From: Octopus vulgaris
Taxonomy: Eukaryota
Assembly: GCA_951406725.2 (NCBI GenBank)
Contig: OX597824.1
Coordinates: 53,506,001 to 53,570,000, forward strand
Direction of reading: 5' to 3'
Length of the DNA: 64,000 bases
Shown: positions 13,460-25,080 of the stretch, in pieces
Layout: each line of letters starts with the position of its first letter
Position numbering within the stretch: position 1 is the first letter of the stretch
Notes under the pieces: generated by a model
Seen by the model: only the letters and a program-made list of their open reading frames with translations
What the model was told of the DNA's origin: nothing
The model's database searches: none
Translations under genes and position numbers: made by a program

Positions 13460-16325
13460 AGGCGCTATTGGAGACACTGCCAGTGATTGACGTGGAGGCC
13501 GAGGGGGAGACGTTCAAGGCCCTTGTGGATACGGGCTGTACGACCACCCTGGTGACTTCGAGGGTGACGAAGGAATGGAACGGGGTGTGTAGTGTCCGGG
13601 CGGTCGACGGCAGCGAAATCCGTTGCAGAGGCAGCAGCACGGTAGAGATAGTGGTGCGCGGCGCGACGCTAAGGCTACAGGCAATTGTGGCCGAACGCGT
13701 GATAAATGGAGTTGATGTGGTGATGGGGATGGACGCCATCAACTGCCTCGGTGGCGTCAGCGTTGTGGGAAATAAGGTCACGTTCGGAAGCGTGGGGGCG
13801 TCGTGCGCTGCGAGTCAGGATCACCAGAGGGAGCAGAGCCCCGCGAGGGATGGCGCTGCTTACACTATCGAGGACAAGGACTTTCAGGCGGCGTTCGATG
13901 GTCGGCGGTGGACGATAGAGTGGAAATGGAAGGACGAGCCCCCGACACTGGAGAACAGGGTGAGCTGTTACCAGCATACTCTGAAAGGCCACGCCAGGGT
14001 TGAGTTTGAAGACGAGGTGGAGAGGTGGATCGAGGAAGGGATCCTTGTCCCTTGGAAGGAGGAGGTAGCGGGCGGAGTGCTACCCCTGATGGCGGTGGTG
14101 CAGCCTACGAAGGGAAAAGTTAGACCGGTGCTGGACTTCAGGGAGTTAAACCAGCACATATCGTGTCACACGGGAGGTGAGGCGACAGACGTTTGTGGTG
14201 AGGCATTGCGCAAGTGGAGACAGTCGACTGAGGCAGCGACGATTGTCGACTTGAGATCGGCATACTTGCAGCTCCATGTGAGCGACAAACTATGGCGATA
14301 TCAGCTGGTGCGGTACAAGGGCCGGACGTACTGTCTAACCAGGCTGGGTTTCGGGCTGAATTCTGCTCCGAAGATCATGTCGGCAGTGCTTAGGTCCGTC
14401 CTAGGGAAAGACGGCAAGATTAGAAAGGCCACCAGCTCCTACATTGACGACATTTTGGTGGACGAAACCGTAGTGGCAGCCGACGAGGTAGTGAGACATC
14501 TGGAGAAGTTCGGACTGATTGCTAAGCCGCCGTAGTCGATTGAGGGGGGAGCCGCACTGGGGCTGAAGCTGCGAAGAGATAGATCAGGTGAATTGGTGTT
14601 CCGGAGAGGAAATGAAATCCCAGAGCTGAGTTCCAGCGTCAGCAGGAGAGAGCTGTTCTCGGTGTGTGGGAAGTTGGTCGGTCACTACCCGATCGCTGGA
14701 TGGCTGCGCACGGCGTGTAGTTACACCAAGAGACGAGCAGAAGGAGAGAGGTGGGGCGACAAGGTGGGAGAAGGGACGGTGGCGATGATGCAGGAGATCC
14801 TAGAGAGGACAAGAGCGGAAGACCCGGTCAGGGGGAACTGGTACGTGCCCAGGACGAAATGCGGGACTGTCTGGTGTGACGCTAGCAGTATAGCGATAGG
14901 GGTGGTGTTGGCAATCGAAGGCACTGCGGTGGAGGACGCGTCCTGGCTTCGGAAAGCAGACGATTTCAACCACATCAATGTCGCCGAACTAGACGCGCTA
15001 CTGAAAGGGGTGAACTTGGCCTTGAAATGGGGGCTGCGCACGATTGAAATGCGGACGGATTCGGCCACTGTGCTTGGCTGGGTAGGATCAGTGATCACCG
15101 GTGACAGGAGAGTGCGGACGAAAGGTGCTGCGGAGATGTTAGTGAAGCGCCGCCTAGGAGTTCTAGGTGAACTGATCGCTGAATTCGGACTCAAGCTGAA
15201 CGTGGTCTTCGTGCCTTCGGAGAAAAACAAGGCGGACGTACTGACCAGGGTGAAAAGGGCGTGGTTGGAAGAACCGGAGGAGGCGCGGAGAGGGATAGCT
15301 GCGGCGTGTCGGTTGGATGACTCCGAGCTGAAGAAATTGCACGCTATGCATCACCTGGGTGTGGACAGGACCCTGTATCTGGCAAAAAAGATTGATGCTG
15401 ACGTGACCAGGAGAAGCGTCCGGAAGGTGGTCGGGAGCTGCGACAGGTGTCAGTCCATCGACCCTGCTCCGTGTGGGCATGAACAGGGAAGCCTTTCCGT
15501 GGAGCAGAACTGGAAAAGGCTAGCTGTGGATGTGACACACTACCGTCAGCGAACGTACCTCTCCATGGTCGACTGTGGGCCGGGCCGGCTGGCCATTTGG
15601 AGGGAGTTGAGATCGGGCATTGCTGACGAGATCGTGCAGATCCTGAACGGGATATTTTTAGAGAGAGGTCCCGTGGATGAACTACTGATGGACAACGGGG
15701 CGGCATTTCGTTCGGAAGCATTGAGGGTTATGCTTGATCGGTGGAACGTGCGACGCTTGTTCAGAGCAGCGTATAGGCCGGGCGGTAACGGGATCGTGGA
15801 GAGGCACCATCGGACAGTCAAGGCCATAGCGGAAAGAGGGCACATTTCGCCGCTTGAGGCAGTTTTTTGGTACAACTTGTCTCCCCGATCCGGACAGGCT
15901 GAGAATCGGTGCCACACAGAGCAATATTCAGGTACGAGTGGAGGCATCCGTGTACTAAATCAATGCAACCCGGGGCAGAGGAAGAGCACGCCTTCGTGCG
16001 GGTCGGGGAGGAAGTCTGGGTAAAACCCCCAAACGCACGGTGTACATCGCAATGGGGAAAGGGGACAATAACCTCCGTAAGTTCGAAAAATAACATCTCT
16101 ATCGATGGTATGCCACGCCACGTTTTGGACATACGGAGGATTGTCCATGCCCCAGAGGATGGGACAAGCAACAGTGGGCAGGACGAAAACAACCGACAGG
16201 ATGACGAGGTCGACAGCAACACACCAGAAACAAGTCCTAGGGTCGCGCTGCGACCACAGAGGGAGCGGCACCCTCCTCCCTGGCTGGCTGATTATGAAAC
16301 CAGTTTCGGGTGCGGGAGCGAGTGA
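13396..16325 (+). pseudogene. pol: Pol (protease, RT, RNase H, integrase) with one in-frame TAG and one frameshift
   Basis: LVDTG protease; LGFGLNSAP and YIDD RT; CDAS..HINVAEL..TDS..KAD RNase H; HHCC + D,D35E integrase; C-terminal RPQRERHPPPWLADY. TAG at 14533-14535; frame change near 15905. Confidence 0.92.
13405..13463 (+). promoter_or_regulatory. -1 programmed ribosomal frameshift signal (slippery heptamer + H-type pseudoknot)
   Basis: G GGA AAC (13405-13411) is in the gag frame and pol is in the -1 frame; 6-nt spacer; stem 1 13418-13426/13438-13446; loop GCCTCT (13430-13435) pairs with AGAGGC (13458-13463). Confidence 0.85.
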
Positions 16326-16360
16326 GGAAGCCGGTTCAGTGATTTATAGATCAGGGGGCG

Positions 16361-16635
16361 TGTGGTGTGGTGATGAAGGAGTGTGACGGGACGGGCGGGA
16401 GCGGAAGTGATGCTTACAGGTCTTGCAGGGCGCATGCGCCGGCGGAAGCGGAAGCGAGAGACTCAACGCACGTGCGGCATCGACCGGCTACGCGAGACCC
16501 CAGCAAGGCACCGAGACGACAACACGCGAGCAAGTTGGCTGAAGGCCATCCGACTTCATCCCCTGTCAGGTAAGACCTTATTGCACCTCTGTTTCCTATT
16601 TCCTTGTTTCCGTTGTGCTCCTTTCATCAACCACA
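16361..16635 (+). repeat. 3' LTR
   Basis: Direct repeat of 12379-12653; preceded by a short PPT-like AGGGGGCG. Confidence 0.97.
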
Positions 16636-16640
16636 GTCTT

Positions 16641-18004
16641 TAAGAAGTTCGTTGTAACCTACCGTTGTTGGTATATACCTGATGTCGATTTTCGTGAAAA
16701 ACATTGTTCCCGTATTCTTCCAGTCCTGATGGATAGCTAAGCTATCTAAGGAGCGGATAAAGGTAATCCCTGCAGAGTTTGGGGAGATGCCCTCGCACTA
16801 TCATTGTATGATACTACTATCATACAGTGATAGTGCGAGGGCATCTCCCCACACTCTGCAGGGATTACCTTTATCCGCTCCTTAGATAGCTTAGCATGTT
16901 TTGCATTGTAAATCACAATTTTTCTTTTCACAGGTTGGGAAATTTGGGGCTTTTGTGTTGTGGTTAATTTGTCAGTGTTAGGTGGGGTAGGGTGAGGGTT
17001 AGTGTCTGCAGGGGAAGGATGGGGCAGTGTGGGTCTGGGTCGAAGTTGGGTGGGGGTTATCATTCACAGATTGTGCCTATTTGCTCTTCTTTCCTACAGT
17101 TTCCCATCTGTCTTTGGTTTTTATTTTCTCCTTCTTCCTCTGTGCTGATCTCTCTTCCGCTGGTTCTCGCCGGCGGTGGAGGTGCAGTTTCTTTTACGAT
17201 CACGGGTGCCTCTTGTGACTTTACGGGCGGTGGAGGACATTCTATCCTAATGAGGCCTTTTTGGTCACATATGTGACAACGAGGATCCTGCCCTTCACTC
17301 TAAACCTGATTATTGCTTCTTCGACCGTTATGGTCTCTACCATATTTTTTAGGTGCTCCGGGGCCACCTGGATTACCATATACAGCCTCTGTCCTTGCTA
17401 GTTTTGATGTGCAGTACTGGTGGCTTGGAGGACCACTATCTTTTCTTCCATGCCCAGCAGTATAGCAGCTACTAGCCGGGCCACATTTATTTCTAGGAGT
17501 GTCTTCTAACCTTACCCTGGAAACACACCTTCCAAAGTATATGGGCAGTAGTACCACTTCATCAGCTTTTAAGGCGGTTTCCGAGTGTAGCCTGGCAGAA
17601 GCTTCATCTCGAACCGCACCTCCACCGTTCCAAACTTTCTCCTTCTGACAAGGTAATAAATTCCTTGCCAGATGGGCTTTAACGCCTTTTCAAATTGAAT
17701 TGTAGTCATTAATTCGATTTTCTTGGGTTTTAACAGAGTAAGTTCTATAGATTATTATTTTTTCTTTGGTTTTCTGTAATACTTCTTGGGGAGGGGACAC
17801 CTTTTCGTCGAGCCCCTCCCTACGAAGCATATTCTTGTATTTACCAAGTTCCTTTACATCAATTTCTTTGTTGTGGCCTTTGGCCACGGCCGCAAAATTC
17901 ATTTTTTCTTCTTTTTTGTCTATCACAGAAATTGCTTTCAGCAATTCTTTCTCAGAAGAACTCTTATTGTCGTACTCCATTTTTAACAGTGCTACCCCCT
18001 TCAA
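16641..18004 (-). mobile_element. Degenerate L1/Tx1-like ORF1; its putative 3' part continues at ~12152-12373 on the other side of the LTR insertion
   Basis: Broken ORF with knuckle EGQDPRCHICDQKGLIRIECP and a Pro/Glu-rich tail; 12152-12300 resembles the 3' UTR at 18150-18330. Confidence 0.55.
16736..16895. repeat. 160-bp near-perfect palindrome (78-bp arms, 4-nt loop)
   Basis: 16736-16813 is the reverse complement of 16818-16895 with 2 differences; loop CTAC. Confidence 0.97.
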
Positions 18005-18144
18005 ACAAGGGGAAACACACCAACAAAACTGCCGTAAGGCAGCAAAACAAAGTGTTGTTCAACACAAAACAAGTAGAATAAATAGTAATTCAACAATACT
18101 GCAATTAATTTAACACAATTTTAACACAAAGTGAAACTAATACG

Positions 18145-19815
18145 ATGATTTTATTCAAACCACAAGGGTTAAACAAGCAGGGGACAATACACGGGACAAA
18201 TAGGAGTCGGGGACTTATCGGATGAGATTACATATAGTGAATAAATACATTATAATTTTGAATGAAAATGAAAGAATGAACGTTGAACCGTTTACTTCGT
18301 CCTTCCATCCCTCCCACTCCCCGCTTAATTAGGTACTTACATACTCAACATTCGGGCTACTTTATTCTATCTTTTCTGTACTTTTTTACGTCAGGTATTT
18401 CTTCTCCAGACGTGCTTTCCCTCTAAGGTGATATAAAAAGAGGTTAACCAAAGCATGCCCGGAGACGAAGGTGCCTGATGCGATACCTCTTTCACGCGTT
18501 TTCCATATCACCTCTTTCGCTATAGCTATTACGGCTAGAAAGCAGAATTTCTCTTCTTTTAGAGAAGACGGCGTGTGACAATACCCGTAACTGTGACAAT
18601 ACCCGTAACAGTTTCGTTGCTCTGCCCGCAAGGTGGGCACGTAGGCGAAACGGTGACGCCGTGCCGCGCAAGTTTATCCCGAACTGACAAGGCACTTCGG
18701 AAGCATAGCCAAGCCAGGGACCTCTGGAAGTTGTCGATGAGTCCCGGGCCGAAAGTCCTTCGATGCAGGTTGGTAAGCTGACTTTCATCGAAACCCAGAG
18801 TCTCCTCCAGGCTGTCATCACATTTACCCTCTACCAGCCCTCTACAGTACGCCGAGATATTACCCCCTCCGCCGGCATTCCTCGTTTGGGAGAAAAGCAC
18901 GAGTGCCTGCCGACACTCTGCTTGCCAAGCTCCCAGCCTTGGTCCACGCTTGATCCAGCATTCCAGTTCACCAAAAGAGGTGAACCTGGGAAATATCTTA
19001 TCAACGAACGGAGACCTCACCTGTTCACCGTCCAGGTAGATCCAGAGATGCCTCAACTTCGGCAAATGCCTGTGCATCTTTAGCCACGGCATCCCTAACC
19101 CACCCTTTAGTGGCTGTTGGCAGCAGATAGAGCGCCTTACAAGAGGCCGCCTGCCCTCCCACAAGAAGTGAAAGAGAATGCGTTCCAACTTGTTTGATCA
19201 CGAATCGGGGAACGATACGACGGTTAGGCGGTAGGTAACGACAGATGCGATAAACACATTTGCTACCTCCGCCCTCCCTTTCAGGGACAGCCTTCGCCTA
19301 GACCAGGTCTGAGTTATGGACGCCACCCTGCTCGTAACCTCGCTCCAATTCTTCTCTATCTGGAGATCTGGACCAGACCAGACTCCAAGCATTTTCACCG
19401 GACCATCTGTCCAGCGTCAGACGACGCTGTTGGATCGACTTGCCTCTCCAGGTGCCTAGCTGCAAGCCGACCGACTTATCCCGGTTAATTCTTGCTCCTG
19501 TCACCGCTTCGTAATCCATTAGGGCCTCACCTACCCTCTGTATGTCCTGATCCCTGGATAGGGACATCGTCCGCATACGCTGTGGCTGTTTTCTTTTCCC
19601 TTAATCTTGCGGGTCTCCACTCGTCGCCTCCAATCTTCGCAGTAGTGGCTCGAGAGCCAATACATACAGCAGAGGCGAGAGTGGACAACCTTGACGAACT
19701 GAGCGTTCGATATTGAACGGCTCCGAAAAGAAACCGTTCACCCGATCTACCGACTTGATGTTGATATATGTCGAGGACGAGTGGTCTTCCCTATCAAAAG
19801 CTTTGGATTGGTCTA
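18145..19815 (-). mobile_element. 5'-truncated degenerate L1/Tx1-clade ORF2 with 3' UTR
   Basis: [32 protein letters not shown]-like, LSLKGRA, GGLGMP, C-terminal CPPCG; AATAAA near 18150. Confidence 0.85.
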
Positions 19816-20333
19816 AGCTAGTACGAACTTCCTCACTTACTCAGACCGCTACTATTTTTATGTAGTGGTCCAGTCCATTCTCGCCAGGAGGTGTCGTACT
19901 CTCGTACAACACGCAACTAGTTGAATTACCAACTAAAGTTCGGAGAGACTCTTTATGAGGCAGTTAAGCTGTGCCAGATTTCAATCCTCTGGATTACTCG
20001 CTTACTACTATTCACGAGCAAAAATATCCGCTTATATTTTTCATGGTTTACTTCCCTTAGAGCCACTGTGTTATTAATGAATCGCATAGTGACAAGTTGT
20101 TCGTTTTCTCTTCTCTTCAGGACATAATTCATTCTAGCATTACTAAGTGCCACTCTTCCTTGAGTACTTGTTAAAAAGGTCAGAGTTATTTGTGTAAAGG
20201 CTGCTCTCAATGCCTTTCGATTTGTAAATTTTAAGGACATGCCTCACGGTTGTGAACCTCTCAGGAACAGTTAAGTTGGGGTTTCCAGTATTGCCTAGGT
20301 AATCTTGTACCAGTTCTCTGCACCTGCAGTCTC

Positions 20334-20379
<46 letters not shown>

Positions 20380-21374
20380 ATTTGTTAACATGATTGCTGT
20401 GACAAATAGCCATGAGTATATTTATACATAAACTTCATGTTTACTTGCCAGAGGCTACATCACTGTTTGCTAGGAGGTTGATATAAATGACAAGCCACTG
20501 CCCCACAAACTTGTACCTATACTTATTACAAGGCAGAAAAGTTAGCACACCAAACAAAATGCTTCACAGTATTTCTTCCAAATTTACATTCTGAGGTTGA
20601 ACTTTGCCTTCCATACTTTGAGGGTCAATAAAATAAGTACCAGTTAAGCACTGGGATCACTGCATGGCACTTTATAAACCTAGGACTGACAAATAGCTTT
20701 AATGGAATTTAGGGAATGAAAACAGTGCAGAAGCCTACATATGTGTGTGTGTGTGTAAGCATACATAAACCTCAATGTTTGCAAACAAAGTAACTTGTTT
20801 GACATTGAATTTAAAAAAACTACTTTGATTGCCATCAGAAGTGCATAGAAATAATGACTAGTGGAAACCTATGATCAATATAGCTATTGTTCAAAAATTA
20901 TGATAGAAAATAAATAAACACTCTACTGTCTTTCAAAAATTGGAAGGACACATTGAGAAGCATTATCTAAGATACATTATGTCTGAAAAGATAGCATGGT
21001 CATGGCTGGAATATCTTTAATCATGTCTGTTAATCAAGAGTGACCTGGGACTAAACAATAAAATGTTTGTCAGTACAATAAAGCTTCCATCAATCTTTAT
21101 AATGGCAAACTGTACACTTCAATACATGGTGGTATATATTTACAGCTGAGTAGATTGAACTATTAACAGATAAATGCCTTTGCCAAGAACTGTGTACTAT
21201 TCTGTACTATACAATGATAGAATATAAAAACTTCAAGTTAGTAACTTGGCAGAAAACTAACTTAGTCAGTATACTGTAATTCTTGTTGTTGTTAGTGGTG
21301 GTGAGGCAATTTCTTGACACAATAATTATAAATAAAGAAATAAAACAAACAATAATAACAATAACACTATTTAA

Positions 21375-21595
21375 CCCTTTAGTGTTCGCATTATTCTGCC
21401 AAAGTTAATCCTTTTTAATCCACATTGTTTTGAACTAATCAAGCATTATCTTGTAGCTATGAGATTTTGATGAGGTAGCTGTTAATCTTTAAAACGATAT
21501 TGTAGGGTTGGTGTGAGAGACCAGATCTGGCCAGTTTGAACATAAAACAAGCAGAATACTTATGGCCGGATATGGCCAGTTTAAATGCTAAAGGG
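21375..21595. mobile_element. piggyBac-like MITE
   Basis: TTAA|CCCTTTAG ... CTAAAGGG|TTAA termini. Confidence 0.8.
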
Positions 21596-21656
21596 TTAAA
21601 TGATGTAGGAGGTATTTTTAATTAACAAATGTTGAAGAAAATAAAATTATCAACAG

Positions 21657-21699
21657 TTTATTGAATTTGTTTTTACAACACAACAATAGCACCTTTATT
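21657..21699 (-). terminator. Candidate NEMF polyadenylation signals (two AATAAA)
   Basis: tttatt at 21694-21699 and 21657-21662, about 105-145 nt after the stop codon. Confidence 0.55.
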
Positions 21700-21804
21700 G
21701 GAATCGTAAACAGGTCTTTGCTGTTTTCTTCTTTTTTTTTTAATATCTATCCATCTCTTGTATGTCCCATAAATGCCATACAAAATGTCTTCAGAATGGA
21801 ACTA

Positions 21805-21885
21805 TTATTTCTGTTTCTTCTGTTTTTGTAAATTTGGAGCTGCTAATTTTACTTTTCCAGGAATATTTCTAGAAATATCACAGTC
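21805..21885 (-). CDS. NEMF: NEMF terminal coding exon (DCDISRNIPGKVKLAAPNLQKQKKQK*)
   Basis: tttatttcag| acceptor; matches the human C-terminus DTDLSRNIPGKVKVSAPNL; TAA stop followed directly by TAG. Confidence 0.95.
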   Translation of the reverse strand, partial: DCDISRNIPGKVKLAAPNLQKQKKQK

Positions 21886-21969
21886 CTGAAATAAAAATGT
21901 TATTAATAATATTATTATTGGTATTAATAATAACAACAGCAATGATGGTGATGGTGATAATGATGATGA

Positions 21970-23480
21970 TGAATGCAATAAGCTAGCACAAGAAGTGTGT
22001 AAGCACAGGTAACAAAGTGCATTGGGATGTAAGCCAAGTGTGTGGCTTTGAAATAACTGAAAACTGGTATGGACATGAGCCAGAGATTGTGATAAGGAAT
22101 AAGAATTACAGGATTTTATGGGATTTTCTCATATAGAGGACAAAAGAAACAAACAGTGTAAGACCATAGATTTTGCAATACAATATAACACAGTGGATAC
22201 CAAAGAAATTGAAAAAAATTCAGGACTTAACCAGAGAGATGAAGAGACTGAAAGACTATGACAATAATTATTCCTAGTGCACTTGGCACAACACTAAAAC
22301 TACTTACAATCTTACATTACTATTTTATCTATCAATAATTGGCCTTTGGTACCTGTGCATTTCCTCCGACAGCTTTTTTGCCCTATAGGTAAAATGTCAT
22401 TATCATCATGAAATTTGTACATTTCTTCTGCAATCTATCCTGACAGTAACTTTCACAATAATGAAAAGCAAGAAATTGGCCTGTAATTGTCAGCAGCATT
22501 TCCTCTTGATACATCCTTCAAGCACAACACCATTTGTCCTTTGGTCAACCACCATGGAATTTCTTTTGTTCTATCAATCAATGTATTAAATTGTTCTGCA
22601 ATCAATTTATAACACCTACTGGACTTTTTTTATCCAAAATCCCGCTGAACACCATCAGGTCCTACTGCTTTCCAATTGCTCATCATTTTGCTCATACTTT
22701 TTATACTGTCCTCAGTAAAGAGGATAGCTTCTTGCTGGGAATAAGAAGCTGCTTACTTCAGACTGCAGAACCATTCTGCTCTAGTACTAAGTACTAAGTT
22801 GTTCTTGCTTAATTTATACCTCACTCCAAAGCTGTCAAGTTTCATCTACAACAGGAACTAATCTTTTGCATGCTAAATCATCATTAATTTCTTGATAAAA
22901 GCTTTTTTGGTCAATTCCAAACAATTGGTTTTGCTAGTATTGTTTAATCTGTTGCTCAAACTTAGTTTTACTTTGTTGGCAAGTATGCACTGCTTCAGCT
23001 CTTCAATCATAACTTTCAGTCCTTTTGTATCAACACCATACTTCTTCAATTTTTCTTGCAACCTTGCTTAGTTTGTTTGTGAAATGTTCTCTGTTTTAAT
23101 ATATTATTGACTTTACTTGTTTCTTGATTTAGTCTCCATTGATCAGCCTTCTTGAAGTCACACATAAATTCAATCTCTTCTGCACCTAATAGATCCAAAA
23201 TCCTGCTCTTTATCATCTGATCTTCATCATTCATTTGTTTTCTGATCTCAATTCTTTCACCACTCACAATAACATATTCTTGTGAGAAATTATCTATTTC
23301 TTCCATTATGTCACTTTCATTTTTCATGTGCTTCTAATTCCAACTCTAACAACCATCCATTCTTCTATACTGCTTTTGCTTGATTACATAGTCTCTGTTT
23401 TATAATTCCAAACAGTTCTATCCCCTTCCATTCTCTGTGCATTTGTTATCTGTAGCCTCTAGCTGGTATGCCAGCTTCAT
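21970..23480. mobile_element. Highly decayed R4-like LINE pieces (endonuclease part on +, upstream/RT part on -)
   Basis: ILWDF..DFAI-like on +; IEELKQ, GPDGV, NYRPISC-like on -. Confidence 0.5.
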
Positions 23481-24137
23481 TTGCTGGAATCATTATCATC
23501 ATCATCATTTAATGTCTGTTTTTCATGTTGGCATGGGTTGGACATCTTCACAGAAGCTGGCACAGCCAGGGGCTGCACCAGGTTTCATAGTCTGTTTTGG
23601 CTTGATTTCTTCAGTTGGATGCCCTTCCTAATATCAAGTATATAGGGTGCTTTTTACATGGCACCATTACTAGTGCTTTTTATTTGACACCTTGATTTTA
23701 GGACATCAATTTTGTTGTGGTGAGTGGGTTTTCTTGAAGATACCCATGTTTCCAGAGGGGAATTATTCAAACCTCAAAGAATTCCTCTCAACACATGGCT
23801 ACTTGTGATCTGAGATGCACATATCATCAGCCACCAAGGGGCATGCTCAACTGGTTATGGTCAAACAACTGACAAGCAAATCTGTGATATTGAGCAGAAT
23901 ATTTGCTGTGGCCCATCTTTTATACCAAGACAAAACATGTACATGATAATGCTATCCATCAGTTAAGGTCAGAAGCCATGAGAGCCACTGCCTGGTACTG
24001 TATCAGGGCATTTATTATTATTATTATTATTATTATTTACCTTTTTTTTTTAAATGTGTAAATTTCTATATTGTAATCTTTCTCCTTATACCTCTCTCTC
24101 ATTCCCCCTCTCTCAGTAATATTTTTGTTGTTCTCTA

Positions 24138-24169
<32 letters not shown>

Positions 24170-25000
24170 CCTCTCTGTGATATTTTGTTGTTTCTTTTAT
24201 TTTTCCTAACCACAGCAACACATTGCCCATCCTTGTTTACCTTCACTTCTAGCTCTCTATCTCCCTTTGTTGATGATATTTTTTCCTACTTTCAAATTCC
24301 CATACTAACTTAAATTATTTGGCTCAGGATCTCAATAATAGCAGCATAAATGGCACTAACTTTGTCTTCTGTATGTAAATTGAACTAATTCCTTTTTTTT
24401 TTTTTGTTTTCTCCATAAACAGTCCTGTTTTTTGAAATATTTAAATTCCAATATTATAACCTTTTTCCCTCTCCCTTGCTCTTAGTGATATTTCTGTTCT
24501 CTCTCAGTGAAATTTCTGTTGTTTGTTGTGATTCTTCTAACACACATTGACACACTTAACCATCTTCTCTCGTGGGTGATGTGCCCACCCACCTCACCCA
24601 CTCAACTACAATATCTTGTAAACTGCTGTGCATTAAGACATGCATCCTCTTCTAGATAGGTAACATGGACATCAACAGTGAGCTACTAATACACTCACAA
24701 CTTGCAAATATAAACATATATTATACATATGAATACATACATGTGTGTGCATGTATGTGCACATGCATACATATATATTTGACCGATGTACATTAATGAA
24801 TGTTAGAAACAACAGCAAAAAGAACTGTTTATTGAACAATGTCTTCTGTTAAAATAAAGTCCTTTGCACTCAGACAGAAACACTCCCTTGTCACTGGTGC
24901 TATCATAAATAGTGATTGGCAGACTGGAAATATTGAAACAATAACAGTTGTTTGGTAATATCAATAAAATATTGAAATAGATTTCAACAATGAATCTTAC

Positions 25001-25080
25001 CTTTAATATTTTTATCAAATCTTTTTCTCGACTTGAGGCAGTTTTGTCTTGGGAAAACATGGCAAGGGCAGTTTTAGAAG
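25001..25080 (-). CDS. NEMF: NEMF exon (A-SKTALAMFSQDKTASSREKDLIKILK)
   Basis: ctctag| acceptor, GTAAGA donor, 80 nt, phases 1/0; matches human [22 protein letters not shown]. Confidence 0.95.

Larger units (their letters stand above)
12379..16635 (+). mobile_element. Full-length, very recent Ty3/gypsy-order LTR retrotransposon (4257 bp)
   Basis: Two 275-bp LTRs that read identical, TGTGGT...ACCACA termini, TSD GTCTT (12374-12378, 16636-16640), gag then PR-RT-RH-IN, purine-rich tract before the 3' LTR. Confidence 0.97.

Noticed and set aside
14533-14535. Programmed stop read-through in pol
   Set aside because: It lies within RT rather than at a domain boundary and has no read-through context; a point mutation or error is more likely.
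13305-16271. Antisense ORFs over the LTR element
   Set aside because: Expected shadows of GC-rich coding sequence; no motifs.
18575-18610. 18-bp tandem duplication gtgacaatacccgtaac
   Set aside because: An ordinary slippage duplication in a dead element.
19830-20340. Short ORFs after the L1/Tx1 relic
   Set aside because: Possibly decayed coding sequence, but I could not recognise any motif.
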